The notes under the pieces were generated by a model. It was given only the letters and a program-made list of their open reading frames with translations. It was not told where the DNA came from and searched no databases. 64,000 nucleotides of DNA from Clostridium sp. CAG:710 (lineage in GTDB: Bacteria; Bacillota_I; Bacilli_A; RF39; UBA660). Positions 10,749 through 21,406 of this stretch are shown here, piece after piece (the first letter of the stretch is position 1; each line of letters opens with the position of its first letter). Where the stretch lies: assembly GCA_000432595.1 (NCBI GenBank), contig HF996851.1, positions 24,252 through 88,251 on the forward strand, written 5' to 3'. A program made the position numbers and the translations under genes.

Positions 10749-11894
10749 ATGTTAGAACGACTAGATGAGAAAAATGAAATGATAATGAAATTGCTTCATT
10801 ACTTTATAACACAAAAAAATTATAGTCCAATTATTTTACAGGGTGTTAATAATGAGATATGGCTTGAAAATATGGACTCCCAATATAGAATAATAAGAAT
10901 AGTATCTAATCATATCCATAATGAAGAACAACTTGAATATGATGTATTTAAAGCAAAACATATTGTAGGTAAAATAAAAAGAAAAACATTTACTTTTAAT
11001 ATGAATGTTTTAACAATTTTTACAGATATAAATGAAGATTTAAAACTTACTAATTTTAAAAACTATGATTTTATATATTTGGATACTGAAAAAGATCTAA
11101 AAAAGTATGATTTTGTTACTGAGGTTTTTCCTGATATTACAAAAAAGCTTAAATTTAGTGAAGATGGAGTATCACTATACTTAAAAATTACAGGGGAGAT
11201 TCATAAAAAAAATGTAGCAGACCAAGAAGAAGCGGAAGAGATTTTTAAACCTAAAAAGCCTATTATTACTTATATATTAATAGCTTTAAATGTATTAATT
11301 TTCCTATATATGATGATAGGAGATAATTATAGTAAAATGATAGAAGCATTTGCGGTTTATAAACCTTATATAGTACAAAGAGGTCAAATATATAGATTGC
11401 TTACTGGTGCTTTTTTACATGCCAATATATTCCATTTACTGTTTAACTGTTATGCACTATATGTAATTGGAAGCCAAACTGAATCATTTATGGGTAAGGC
11501 AAAATACTTATTTATCTATTTATTTAGTGCAATCTCAGGTAGTCTTCTTTCTATTACATTAAATCAAGCTGGAGTATCAATAGGTGCAAGTGGGGCAATA
11601 TTTGGACTTATGGGTTCATTATTATATTTTGGATATCACCATAGAGTCTACTTAGGAAATGTAATTACTTCACAAATAATTCCATTAATAGTTCTTAATC
11701 TTATTGTGGGATTCGCATCAGGTGGACAAATAGATAATTTTGCTCATATAGGTGGATTAATAGGTGGTATATTATTTACTATGGCACTTGGAGTAAAATA
11801 TAAAAGTTCTAGGTCTGAAATGATTAATGGATGGCTTATTTCATTAATATTTATTACATTTTTAGTTTTAATCTCATTTGGAATAATTGTCTAA
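10749..11894 (+). CDS. rhomboid-family intramembrane serine protease (GluP-like)
   Basis: GASGAIFGLMG (catalytic Ser) and FAHIGGLIGG (catalytic His) in a multi-TM C-terminal half. Soluble N-terminal domain. Confidence 0.85.
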   Translation: MLERLDEKNEMIMKLLHYFITQKNYSPIILQGVNNEIWLENMDSQYRIIRIVSNHIHNEEQLEYDVFKAKHIVGKIKRKTFTFNMNVLTIFTDINEDLKLTNFKNYDFIYLDTEKDLKKYDFVTEVFPDITKKLKFSEDGVSLYLKITGEIHKKNVADQEEAEEIFKPKKPIITYILIALNVLIFLYMMIGDNYSKMIEAFAVYKPYIVQRGQIYRLLTGAFLHANIFHLLFNCYALYVIGSQTESFMGKAKYLFIYLFSAISGSLLSITLNQAGVSIGASGAIFGLMGSLLYFGYHHRVYLGNVITSQIIPLIVLNLIVGFASGGQIDNFAHIGGLIGGILFTMALGVKYKSSRSEMINGWLISLIFITFLVLISFGIIV

Positions 11895-11960
11895 ATGTAT
11901 TGATAACTTTATGAAATAATGATAAAATGAAATAGAGTTAAGAAAATAGAGGTGCATAAT

Positions 11961-12212
11961 ATGGAAATAAGTGAGACACATGCTTATTCGATTGAATCTT
12001 TTGAAGAAGAAATCGTTAAAGATGTAATTAAAGATGTATATGAAGCTTTAGAAGAAAGAGGATATAACCCAATTAACCAACTTGTTGGTTATATAATGAG
12101 TGGAGATCCAGGTTATATTTCATCACATAAAGAAGCTAGAAATAAAATAACTAAAATAGAAAGAAATAAAATTCTAGAAGTAATACTTCGTGAATATATA
12201 AAGAGAATCTAA
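11961..12212 (+). CDS. IreB-family regulatory phosphoprotein (UPF0297/YrzL)
   Basis: VYEALEERGYNPINQLVGYIMSGDPGYISSHKEARN. ATG 11961 follows AGAGGTG. Synteny with ruvX. Confidence 0.8.
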   Translation: MEISETHAYSIESFEEEIVKDVIKDVYEALEERGYNPINQLVGYIMSGDPGYISSHKEARNKITKIERNKILEVILREYIKRI

Positions 12213-12649
12213 TGAGATATTTAGGCCTTGACTTAGGAAGCAGAACACTTGGAATGGCTGTCTCCGACCCCAGTGGAATTATTGCGACTAGTATTGGTAC
12301 TATTAGACATAACGAAGAATATGAAAGGCTTGTTTGTGAAGTAGAAAAGATAATAAAAGAACGTAACATTGATGAAATAGTTCTAGGACTGCCAAAAAAT
12401 ATGAATAATACAATTGGTTATAAAGGAGAACTTTCTTATAAATTTCGTGATATGTTAGAAGAAAAGACTAATCTAAAAGTTAACTTAGTTGATGAGAGAC
12501 TAACAACTAAACAAGCAACAGACTTACTTATATCTAATGATACTAGTAGAAAAAAAAGGAAAAAAGTTGTTGATACTATGGCAGCAACAATTATATTACA
12601 ATCATATTTGGATTTAATGAAAGGAAGAGAAAGAAATGGAAAATGTTAA
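12212..12649 (+). CDS. ruvX: Holliday-junction resolvase-like RuvX (YqgF)
   Basis: MRYLGLDLGSRTLGMAVSD, VLGLPKNMNNTIG and DERLTT. Confidence 0.9.
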   Translation: MRYLGLDLGSRTLGMAVSDPSGIIATSIGTIRHNEEYERLVCEVEKIIKERNIDEIVLGLPKNMNNTIGYKGELSYKFRDMLEEKTNLKVNLVDERLTTKQATDLLISNDTSRKKRKKVVDTMAATIILQSYLDLMKGRERNGKC

Positions 12650-12932
12650 TTCGTTTAAGTATGTTAATGAAGATGGAAAGGAAATAGTTTGTGATATTCT
12701 ATTTACATTTGATTCAGATGAGACTAAAAAAAGTTATATAGTATATACTGATAACTCAAGAGATGCAGAAGGTAATGTTCAAGTTTTCGCATCTGTTTAT
12801 AGTCCAAATGATGAAAAATTAAAACTTTCACCAATTGAAACAGAACAAGAATGGAAAATAATAGAAACAATACTTAATACATTACAAGAAGAAATAAACA
12901 AAAAATCTGAAGAAACTAATAACGAGCAATAA
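12636..12932 (+). CDS. DUF1292 (YrzB-like) protein
   Basis: DEDGKEIVCDILFTFDSDETKKSYIVYTDN pattern, in the conserved position after ruvX. Confidence 0.75.
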   Translation: MENVNSFKYVNEDGKEIVCDILFTFDSDETKKSYIVYTDNSRDAEGNVQVFASVYSPNDEKLKLSPIETEQEWKIIETILNTLQEEINKKSEETNNEQ

Positions 12933-12958
12933 GCTCGTTATTTATTAGGAGTAATGTT

Positions 12959-14035
12959 ATGAAATTAAAAAGAATATGGAAAGTAATAATTACATTAAGC
13001 CTTTTATTAATTATTATAATTATATTTGGAATATCTATCTATAATTATGAATTATCTCCTGTAGATAAAAAGAATAAAACAGATGTTGTTATTACCATTA
13101 AAAAGGGAACTTCTACACAAAATATAATTAAATCTTTAAAAAAAGCTGACCTTATTAGAAGTGAAGGTGCTGTATTAGTATACTTAAAACTTAATAAGGT
13201 AGGAGGTCTACAAGCATCATCTTATAAATTAAACAGGGCAATGTCTTCTAAAGAAATAATTAAAATAATAAATAGTGGCAAAGGATTTAATCCTGATGAA
13301 GTAACTATTACCTTTAAAGAAGGAAAGAATATGCGTAGTATTGCCAAAGTTATTTCTAAGAATACAAACAATAAATATGATGCAGTAATCTCTAAGTCTA
13401 ATGATAAAGATTATATTAATAGACTTGCCACTAAGTATTGGTTTATAGATAAAGATGTACAAAAAGATGGAACATTCTATAAACTAGAAGGATACTTATA
13501 TCCTAATACCTATGTATTTAAAAATAAAAATGTTACTATAGAAGATATATTTAATAAAATGCTTATTGAAACAGACAAAGTACTTTCAAAATATAAAACA
13601 GAGATCGAAAAAAGCAAATTATCTACTCAACAGATTATTACACTCTCTTCAATAGTAGAATTAGAAGGGCTTAGTGATAAAGATAGACCTAATATAGCTA
13701 GTGTATTTTATAATAGATTAAATAAAAACATGAGTCTAGGAAGTGATGTTACTGCTTGTTATGCACAAAAAATTGATGATACTACATTATGTCATAACAC
13801 AGCTAACTTTAACTATAAGAGTGATTATAATACTAGACTTGTAAGTAAATTAGGACTCCCAACAGGACCTATCTGTAATCCATCTGAATCAAGTATTAAA
13901 GCAGTTTTAAATGCACCAAAAACAGATTATTTATATTTTGTCGCAGATAAAGATACTAATGTATACTTTTTCAAAACTAAAGATGAGTTTGACAAAAAAA
14001 TAAAAGAACTTAAACAAAATGGGAAATGGTTATAA
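12959..14035 (+). CDS. mltG: endolytic murein transglycosylase MltG (YceG)
   Basis: N-terminal TM segment, TLSSIVELEG and ASVFYNRL...MSLGSDVT motifs. Confidence 0.9.
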   Translation: MKLKRIWKVIITLSLLLIIIIIFGISIYNYELSPVDKKNKTDVVITIKKGTSTQNIIKSLKKADLIRSEGAVLVYLKLNKVGGLQASSYKLNRAMSSKEIIKIINSGKGFNPDEVTITFKEGKNMRSIAKVISKNTNNKYDAVISKSNDKDYINRLATKYWFIDKDVQKDGTFYKLEGYLYPNTYVFKNKNVTIEDIFNKMLIETDKVLSKYKTEIEKSKLSTQQIITLSSIVELEGLSDKDRPNIASVFYNRLNKNMSLGSDVTACYAQKIDDTTLCHNTANFNYKSDYNTRLVSKLGLPTGPICNPSESSIKAVLNAPKTDYLYFVADKDTNVYFFKTKDEFDKKIKELKQNGKWL

Positions 14036-14634
14036 TGAATGATGATGTTAAAGAAATAAGAAAAAATGCACTAGATAAAAACATACCTATCATGCAAGAT
14101 GAAGGAATAGAATTTTTACTTAATTTTATAAAAAGTAATAATATAGAAAATATACTTGAAGTTGGTACCGCAGTAGGATATTCTGCGATTAGAATGGCAA
14201 GTATAAGTCCATTAATTAAAGTTACTTCAATAGAACGCGATAGTACTAGATATATGGAGGCAGTTAAAAACATTGCCAAGGAACACCTTGAAGATAGAAT
14301 TACTTTGATATTTAAAGATGCAATAGACGTTGAATTTGATAAAAATACTAAATTTGATTTAATTTTTATAGATGCAGCTAAGGGAAAAAATACAGACTTT
14401 TTTCAAAAATTTCAAAAGTATTTAAAGCCTAATGGATACATAATTACTGATAATCTTAAATTTCATGGCTGTGTTGATAAGCCTCTAGAAGAAATTGAAA
14501 GTAGAAATGTTAGAGGGCTAGTTAGAAAAATAAGAAGTTATATTGAATTTCTAAAGTCTAATGAAGAATTTGAAACAGAGTTTTATGATGTAGGTGATGG
14601 AGTATCAGTATCTAGGAGGAAGAGTAATGACTAG
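14026..14634 (+). CDS. trmR: SAM-dependent O-methyltransferase, TrmR/YrrM-like (tRNA ho5U methyltransferase)
   Basis: ILEVGTAVGYSAIRMA, LIFIDAAKG, YIITDN and VGDGVSVS align along the whole length with my memory of B. subtilis YrrM. ATG 14035 is an alternative start. Confidence 0.8.
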   Translation: MVIMNDDVKEIRKNALDKNIPIMQDEGIEFLLNFIKSNNIENILEVGTAVGYSAIRMASISPLIKVTSIERDSTRYMEAVKNIAKEHLEDRITLIFKDAIDVEFDKNTKFDLIFIDAAKGKNTDFFQKFQKYLKPNGYIITDNLKFHGCVDKPLEEIESRNVRGLVRKIRSYIEFLKSNEEFETEFYDVGDGVSVSRRKSND

Positions 14635-14842
14635 AGTTAAGGAAAACACTATATATAAACATTTTAAAGGTGGATTAGTTTACGTAATTGGAATTAGTAA
14701 ACACACTGAAACTATGGAAGAATTAGTAATATATGTACATAATGGTAAAATATGGGCAAGACCATATGATATGTTTATAAGTGAAGTTGATCATATCAAG
14801 TATCCTGATATAAAACAAAAATATAGATTTGAAGAGGTGTAG
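14627..14842 (+). CDS. DUF1653 protein
   Basis: YKHFKGGLVYVIGISKHTETMEELVIYVH...WARPYDMF. Internal ATG 14627 overlaps the trmR stop. Confidence 0.7.
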   Translation: MTRVKENTIYKHFKGGLVYVIGISKHTETMEELVIYVHNGKIWARPYDMFISEVDHIKYPDIKQKYRFEEV

Positions 14843-14892
14843 AACCTCTTTTCTTTTACAAATTAATTATGTAATGCTATAATAATGGAGTA

Positions 14893-15780
14893 TTGGAAGG
14901 AAGTGCTAACGTGAAGGTACTAGTTAAAATTAATTTAGAGTCTACAATAGATAAATATATAAATAAATGCGATGGATTAATACTTGGCATTTCACACTTT
15001 TCAGTTGGATTTAAAGATACATTTGATATAGAAAAAATATCTGAAATTATAGAAAAATATCCAAATAAAGATATATTTATTTCAATTAACAAATCTATTT
15101 TTAATAATGAATTAGAAGAGTTAGAAAAAGTACTTACACGCTTAAATAAAATGCCTATTAAAGGAATACTTTTCTATGATTTATCAATACTTTACTTAAA
15201 GAAAAAACATAATTTTAATTTTGATTTAGTATGGAATCAAACACATATGGTAACTAATTATAATACTTGTAATCATTACTATAAAAATGGCGTTAGATAT
15301 GGATTTATATCAAGTGAGATTACTAAAGAAGAGATACTTGAAATAAACAAATTAAGTAAAATGGACTTTTTATATACTATAGTAGGGCATCAAGTAATGT
15401 CTTTATCTAGAAGAAGTCTTTTAACTAACTATTATACTAGTATTTCTAAAGAATATGATGGTACTACTAAAGAAATATATGAACATGATAATAAATACTT
15501 AATTAGTGAAGATAATAATGGAACAATAATAAAAACGAGTACTATATTTAATGGGATAGAAATACTTCCTGAATTAATAGAAAATAATCTATCATACGTT
15601 GTAGTTGATGAAGACTTAATTGATTATAATATAATTTTAAATATACTTGATATAGTTAGTAATATAATACAAGGAAAAAATGTAGAAAACAACATAAATA
15701 AAAGTTATGAGTTAATTGGAAATAATACATCTTTTCTATATAAAAAGACTATATTTAAAGTAAAAAAGGATAATAAATAG
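14893..15780 (+). CDS. U32-family peptidase-like protein (YrrN-like)
   Basis: Position after trmR, and weak U32 N-domain similarity (GILFYDLSIL, VGHQVMSLSRR). Start uncertain. Confidence 0.65.
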   Translation: MEGSANVKVLVKINLESTIDKYINKCDGLILGISHFSVGFKDTFDIEKISEIIEKYPNKDIFISINKSIFNNELEELEKVLTRLNKMPIKGILFYDLSILYLKKKHNFNFDLVWNQTHMVTNYNTCNHYYKNGVRYGFISSEITKEEILEINKLSKMDFLYTIVGHQVMSLSRRSLLTNYYTSISKEYDGTTKEIYEHDNKYLISEDNNGTIIKTSTIFNGIEILPELIENNLSYVVVDEDLIDYNIILNILDIVSNIIQGKNVENNINKSYELIGNNTSFLYKKTIFKVKKDNK

Positions 15781-15789
15781 AGGTGGAAT

Positions 15790-16245
15790 ATGAAAAGATT
15801 TTTATATTTACTAGAAGAACTAGTTGTATACATATTTGGATTTTTTGTAACTAATATGATAAGGGCAGTATTTTATTTAAATTCAGTTAAAACATATGAT
15901 GATCTAGATCTATGGATTAGTTGTTTTAGAGGAAATTGTACTATAAAAAATACACCAGACTTCTTCATATATGTTATTGGATTAGTATTAATATCTCTAT
16001 TATTTATATTTGTTTGGAAATTTATTAAAAAAATTCATCTAAAGATTGGAAAATCTAAGTTGTACATAGTACTTGAAATAATATTATTTGTTATATACTA
16101 TATACTGAATACTATTCAGTTATATGAATTAATATATAAACCATTTAAACTTGGAATATTTATGAACATATTATTAAGCATTACAATGATATTCCCATTA
16201 ATCTATATTATGTATGATAAATCTTTAGAAAGACAAGGAAAGTAA
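15790..16245 (+). CDS. hypothetical integral membrane protein
   Basis: 151 aa with about four hydrophobic segments, wedged between the two U32 genes. Confidence 0.5.
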   Translation: MKRFLYLLEELVVYIFGFFVTNMIRAVFYLNSVKTYDDLDLWISCFRGNCTIKNTPDFFIYVIGLVLISLLFIFVWKFIKKIHLKIGKSKLYIVLEIILFVIYYILNTIQLYELIYKPFKLGIFMNILLSITMIFPLIYIMYDKSLERQGK

Positions 16246-16249
16246 CATT

Positions 16250-17431
16250 ATGAAAAAAATAGAGCTTTTATCTCCAGCAGGAGATTTAGAAAGATTAAAA
16301 TTAACTTTATTATATGGAGCTGATGCAGTATATATTGGGGGTATGGAATATAGCCTTAGGGCAAACGCAACTAATTTTAGTATAGAGCAAATAAAAGAAG
16401 CATGTGAATTTGCTCATAAATTAGGTAAAAAAGTATATCTAACCCTAAATATAGTATTTCATGATGAAGATATAGAGGGCGTAGATAAATATATTAGTGA
16501 TGTAGTAGAAGCTGGTATTGATGCATTTATAGTTAGTGATCCATTTATAATAAGTCATATTAAAGATAATTATGATGTAGAAGTACATCTTTCCACACAA
16601 GCATCAACAACTAATGTAGATAGTGTTTTATATTTTAAAAATGAAGGTGTAGATAGAGTGGTTTTAGCACGTGAATTATCAAAAGATGAAATAAAAGAGA
16701 TAATTGAAAAAACAGGCGTTGATATAGAGGTTTTTATTCATGGCGCAATGTGTACTTTCTATAGTGGTAGATGTGTGTTATCTAACTATTTAACAAATAG
16801 AGACTCTAATAGGGGTGGATGTAGTCAAGTTTGTCGTTTTGCGTTTTCCCTAGAAGATGGATATGATAAGTTTACTATGGCTACAAAAGACTTAAATATG
16901 TCTGGTTATATTAAGGATTTAATTGATATCGGAGTTAGCTCCTTAAAAGTAGAAGGAAGAATGCGCTCTTTATATTATTTAGCTACAGTTATTGGTACAT
17001 ATAGAAAAATAATAGATGCATGTTATAGCGATACATTAAACAAAGAGTTTTTAGATAAACAAGTAAAAATACTAGGACGTGTTGCGAATAGAGAAACAAG
17101 TACTCATTATTTTTTAAAAAAAGCAGATTTTACTGATCAATATTATACTGGTAGACAAGAAATATCAAATCAAGACTTTCTAGGGCTTGTAACCTCTTAT
17201 GATAGAGAAAATAAGATATTAACACTATCAGAAAGAAACTACTTTGAAAAAGGTTGGAAGGTAGAAGTATTTACTCCAAGAGGAGATGTTATTCCATTTA
17301 CTATAGATGAAGTCTACGATGAAGCGCTAAACCCAATTGGAGTCGCAAGACACCCAGAAGAAGTTATAAAATTAAAATTAGATACTGATAAAGAAATAGA
17401 ACAGTATTCAATGATGAGACTTAGCATTTAG
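16250..17431 (+). CDS. U32-family peptidase (YrrO-like)
   Basis: ELLSPAGDLERLK, GADAVYIGG, VFIHGAMCTFYSGRCVLSNY and SLKVEGRMRS. Confidence 0.85.
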   Translation: MKKIELLSPAGDLERLKLTLLYGADAVYIGGMEYSLRANATNFSIEQIKEACEFAHKLGKKVYLTLNIVFHDEDIEGVDKYISDVVEAGIDAFIVSDPFIISHIKDNYDVEVHLSTQASTTNVDSVLYFKNEGVDRVVLARELSKDEIKEIIEKTGVDIEVFIHGAMCTFYSGRCVLSNYLTNRDSNRGGCSQVCRFAFSLEDGYDKFTMATKDLNMSGYIKDLIDIGVSSLKVEGRMRSLYYLATVIGTYRKIIDACYSDTLNKEFLDKQVKILGRVANRETSTHYFLKKADFTDQYYTGRQEISNQDFLGLVTSYDRENKILTLSERNYFEKGWKVEVFTPRGDVIPFTIDEVYDEALNPIGVARHPEEVIKLKLDTDKEIEQYSMMRLSI

Positions 17432-17443
17432 GAGGAATTGTTT

Positions 17444-18535
17444 ATGAATGATAATTTATCAAAATATGCTTGTAGAAATATGGATGCTCTAAGACTAAAT
17501 CCAGAAAAAGAAGATAGCCGTCCACCTTTTTTTCATGACACAGACCGTATTATATTTTCCAATTCATTCTCAAGATATATAGACAAAACACAAGTGTTTT
17601 CATTTAATTCAAATGACCACATAACAAGAAGAATAACTCATGTTATAATGGTTAGTAAAATATCAAGAACTATTGGCAGATATTTAAACCTTAATGAGGA
17701 TTTATTAGAGGCAATTGCACTTGGGCATGATGTTGGTCATTGCCCTTTAGGCCATACAGGTGAAATGTTTCTAAATAAAATAATAAATTCTAGTATAAAT
17801 GAGGCATTTATGCATAATATACAAAGTGTTAGAAACTATATGGTACTAGAGAAAAATGGAAAAGGTAGTAACCTTACAATTCAAGTTTTAGATGGAATTA
17901 TGTGTCATAATGGAGAAGTTCTTAATAATATATATAGTCCAGTAAAAAAGACAAAGAAAGAATTTTTAGAAGAATATAATAAGGCTCTTAAAGATAATAA
18001 TGTTTCACTTTCAATTAGACCAATGACCCTAGAAGGCTGCGTTGTAAGAATATCAGATGTTATCGCATATATAGGAAGAGATATAGAAGACGCAATAGGC
18101 CTTGGGGTAATAAAAAGAAGTGATATTCCAGAAGAAATTACTGGTGTTTTAGGAAATAACAATAAAGATATAATAAATACCATAATATTAGATATAGTAG
18201 AAAATAGTAAGGATAAACCATATATTAAAATGAGTGATAAAATATATGATGCATTAGATAAATTAAAAGAATTTAACTATAGTAATATATATAATAAAGC
18301 AAATAATGAATTTGGAAAAGAATACTATAGTAATGCATTTCAGTCACTATTTGAAAAATATTTGAGTGATTTAAATACTAATAATAAAGAGAGTAGTATA
18401 TATAAAGTATATTTGAATAATATGGATAATAGTTATATAGAAAATACTAAAAAAGAAAGAATTGTCATAGATTATATTGCTGGAATGACAGATAATTTCT
18501 TTATTAGTGAATATAATAATTGTATCAAGTGTTAA
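17444..18535 (+). CDS. HD-domain dNTP triphosphohydrolase-like protein
   Basis: FFHDTDRIIFS, TRRITHV, LGHDVGHCPLGHTGE and YIAGMTDNF. ATG 17444 lies 8 nt after GGAGG. Confidence 0.8.
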   Translation: MNDNLSKYACRNMDALRLNPEKEDSRPPFFHDTDRIIFSNSFSRYIDKTQVFSFNSNDHITRRITHVIMVSKISRTIGRYLNLNEDLLEAIALGHDVGHCPLGHTGEMFLNKIINSSINEAFMHNIQSVRNYMVLEKNGKGSNLTIQVLDGIMCHNGEVLNNIYSPVKKTKKEFLEEYNKALKDNNVSLSIRPMTLEGCVVRISDVIAYIGRDIEDAIGLGVIKRSDIPEEITGVLGNNNKDIINTIILDIVENSKDKPYIKMSDKIYDALDKLKEFNYSNIYNKANNEFGKEYYSNAFQSLFEKYLSDLNTNNKESSIYKVYLNNMDNSYIENTKKERIVIDYIAGMTDNFFISEYNNCIKC

Positions 18536-18545
18536 CAAAAATATA

Positions 18546-18574
18546 TTGACAAATACTACTTTTTGTAGTATCAT
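18546..18574 (+). promoter_or_regulatory. candidate sigma-A promoter of greA
   Basis: TTGACA (18546-18551), 17-nt spacer, TATCAT (18569-18574). Confidence 0.5.
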
Positions 18575-18605
18575 GATGAAGATGTTGCGAAAGAGGTGTT
18601 GTTGT

Positions 18606-19076
18606 ATGAAAGAAAAGAAAATTTACTTAACTCAACAAGGTTTTGAAGAACTTAAAAGTGAGTTGGATAATTTAATAAATGTTAAACGTCCTGCGAATAT
18701 TCAAGCAATTAAAGAAGCAAGAGCATTAGGTGATTTATCTGAAAATGCCGACTATGATGCTGCTAAAAACGATCAAGCTGAAATCGAAGGAAGAATTAAA
18801 AAAATAGAAAAAATGTTAGAAAACGTTGAAATAATTGAAAAAGGTGATTCTTCAGTTGTATCACTTGGTACTACTGTATCTATTAAATATGTAGATGATG
18901 AAGATGAAACTGATGAATACCAAATAGTTGGTAGTCAAGAAGCTGACCCATTTATGAGCAAAATTTCTAATGAAAGTCCAATCGCCAAAGCTATTATGAA
19001 TAAAAAGGTTGGAGATATAGTAGAAGTTGAAAGTCCTAATGGCGTTTATAAAATAGAAATTATTGATATTAAATAA
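18606..19076 (+). CDS. greA: transcription elongation factor GreA
   Basis: MKEKKIYLTQQGFEELKSELDNL, GDLSENADYDAAK and SPIAKAIMNKKVGD. The listed start 18507 is an upstream extension. Confidence 0.95.
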   Translation: MKEKKIYLTQQGFEELKSELDNLINVKRPANIQAIKEARALGDLSENADYDAAKNDQAEIEGRIKKIEKMLENVEIIEKGDSSVVSLGTTVSIKYVDDEDETDEYQIVGSQEADPFMSKISNESPIAKAIMNKKVGDIVEVESPNGVYKIEIIDIK

Positions 19077-19079
19077 GTT

Positions 19080-19101
19080 AAAGACTATAAAGTCTTTTTT
19101 C
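19080..19101 (+). terminator. greA terminator
   Basis: AAGACT (19081-19086) pairs with AGTCTT (19091-19096), then a T run. Confidence 0.8.
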
Positions 19102-19109
19102 TTTATTAG

Positions 19110-20246
<1,137 letters not shown>

Positions 20247-20248
<2 letters not shown>

Positions 20249-20612
20249 AATTTTCTTTTTTTGATTTATTAATTCCTATAATGCTTCCAAATATACATGA
20301 TAAAAATATTATTAAATAATAAATCAGTAGTGATAAATTTGGTTTATTTCCAAAACCAGCATAACTAAGTAAAAATAATATGACTATTGAAACAACAGCT
20401 ATTTTAATACCCTCTAAATAGCCTTTATTTTGTGCTTTTCTTCCTATATAACTTCCACCTATAAAGAATGATAAAACAATTAAAATAAGCTTAAAATACT
20501 TTAATGCATTAGGAAGAATATTAAAATAATTAAAAATAGTAATTATTAAACCCGATATTAAAAGACCTACTAATATATATAAAAGACTTTTTAAATATTT
20601 AACTATGAACAT
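20247..20612 (-). CDS. small integral membrane protein (4 TM)
   Basis: 121 aa, almost entirely hydrophobic helices. GGAG-type RBS upstream on the minus strand. Confidence 0.6.
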
Positions 20613-20688
20613 AACCTCAACTCCTAGTAAATGTTATGTATTGAATAAAAAAATATGCAAATAATCATAATAGTTATAGGAGGTTAAT

Positions 20689-21336
20689 ATGGACTACTTA
20701 ATAGTTTTATCTAGAACACTACTTTTTTATATTATTATCACAATAATTTATAGATTCATGGGTAAAAGAGAAATAGGACAACTTGGAATAGTTGATTTAA
20801 TAGTTTCAATCCTAATAGCTGAATTAGCAGCCATTTCAATTGATAATAGAGAAGAAAGCGTATTTCTATCAATACTTCCAATAGTACTTTTAGTAGTTAT
20901 ACAAGTAGGAATGTCATACATATCACTTAAAAGTTCAAAAATAAGAAATGCATTTGATGGAAACCCTTCAGTAATAATTAATAATGGAAGGTTAAACTTT
21001 AATGAAATGGTAAGGCAAAGATATAATTTAGAAGACTTACTAACCCAACTAAGAGATAAAAATATAAGAAGTATAGAAGAAGTAGATTATGCAGTACTAG
21101 AAACAAGTGGCAAGTTATCAGTATTTAGAAAAGAAAAGGAAAGAAGAGGAGAATATCCTATGCCACTCATATTAGATGGAATAATTGATTATGACACATT
21201 AAAACAAATTGGTAAAAACAAAGAGTGGATAACAAATATGCTTATAGAGGACAATGTAGAATTAGAAAATGTTTTTTATGCCTTTTATAGAAAAAATAAA
21301 TTATATATAATTAAAGACAATGATTTGAGAAAATGA
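20689..21336 (+). CDS. DUF421 (YetF-like) membrane protein
   Basis: MGKREIGQLGIVDLIVSILIAELAA N-terminal signature, soluble C-terminal domain. Confidence 0.8.
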   Translation: MDYLIVLSRTLLFYIIITIIYRFMGKREIGQLGIVDLIVSILIAELAAISIDNREESVFLSILPIVLLVVIQVGMSYISLKSSKIRNAFDGNPSVIINNGRLNFNEMVRQRYNLEDLLTQLRDKNIRSIEEVDYAVLETSGKLSVFRKEKERRGEYPMPLILDGIIDYDTLKQIGKNKEWITNMLIEDNVELENVFYAFYRKNKLYIIKDNDLRK

Positions 21337-21348
21337 TTGTCTTTTTTT
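21313..21348 (+). terminator. terminator after the DUF421 gene
   Basis: AAAGACAAT (21313-21321) pairs with ATTGTCTTT (21336-21344), then T7. Confidence 0.75.
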
Positions 21349-21371
21349 CTTATTTATTATAATATTAATTT
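21335..21371 (+). repeat. 37-bp direct repeat, left copy
   Basis: gattgtctttttttcttatttattataatattaattt is identical to 22592-22628. Confidence 0.95.
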
Positions 21372-21406
21372 GAAATTACAACTGTAGTAAGAAAGGATGA
21401 GGTGGT

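Noticed and set aside
18507-18605. N-terminal extensions offered by the ORF track for greA. The same applies to rimM 2849, trmD 3375, dnaG 55326, rpoD 57073, the RR at 27066, the MazG-like gene 40927 and ORF 41359.
   Set aside because: In each case an internal ATG is preceded by a good GGAGG-type RBS and gives the canonical family N-terminus. The extensions cross promoters, terminators or upstream genes.
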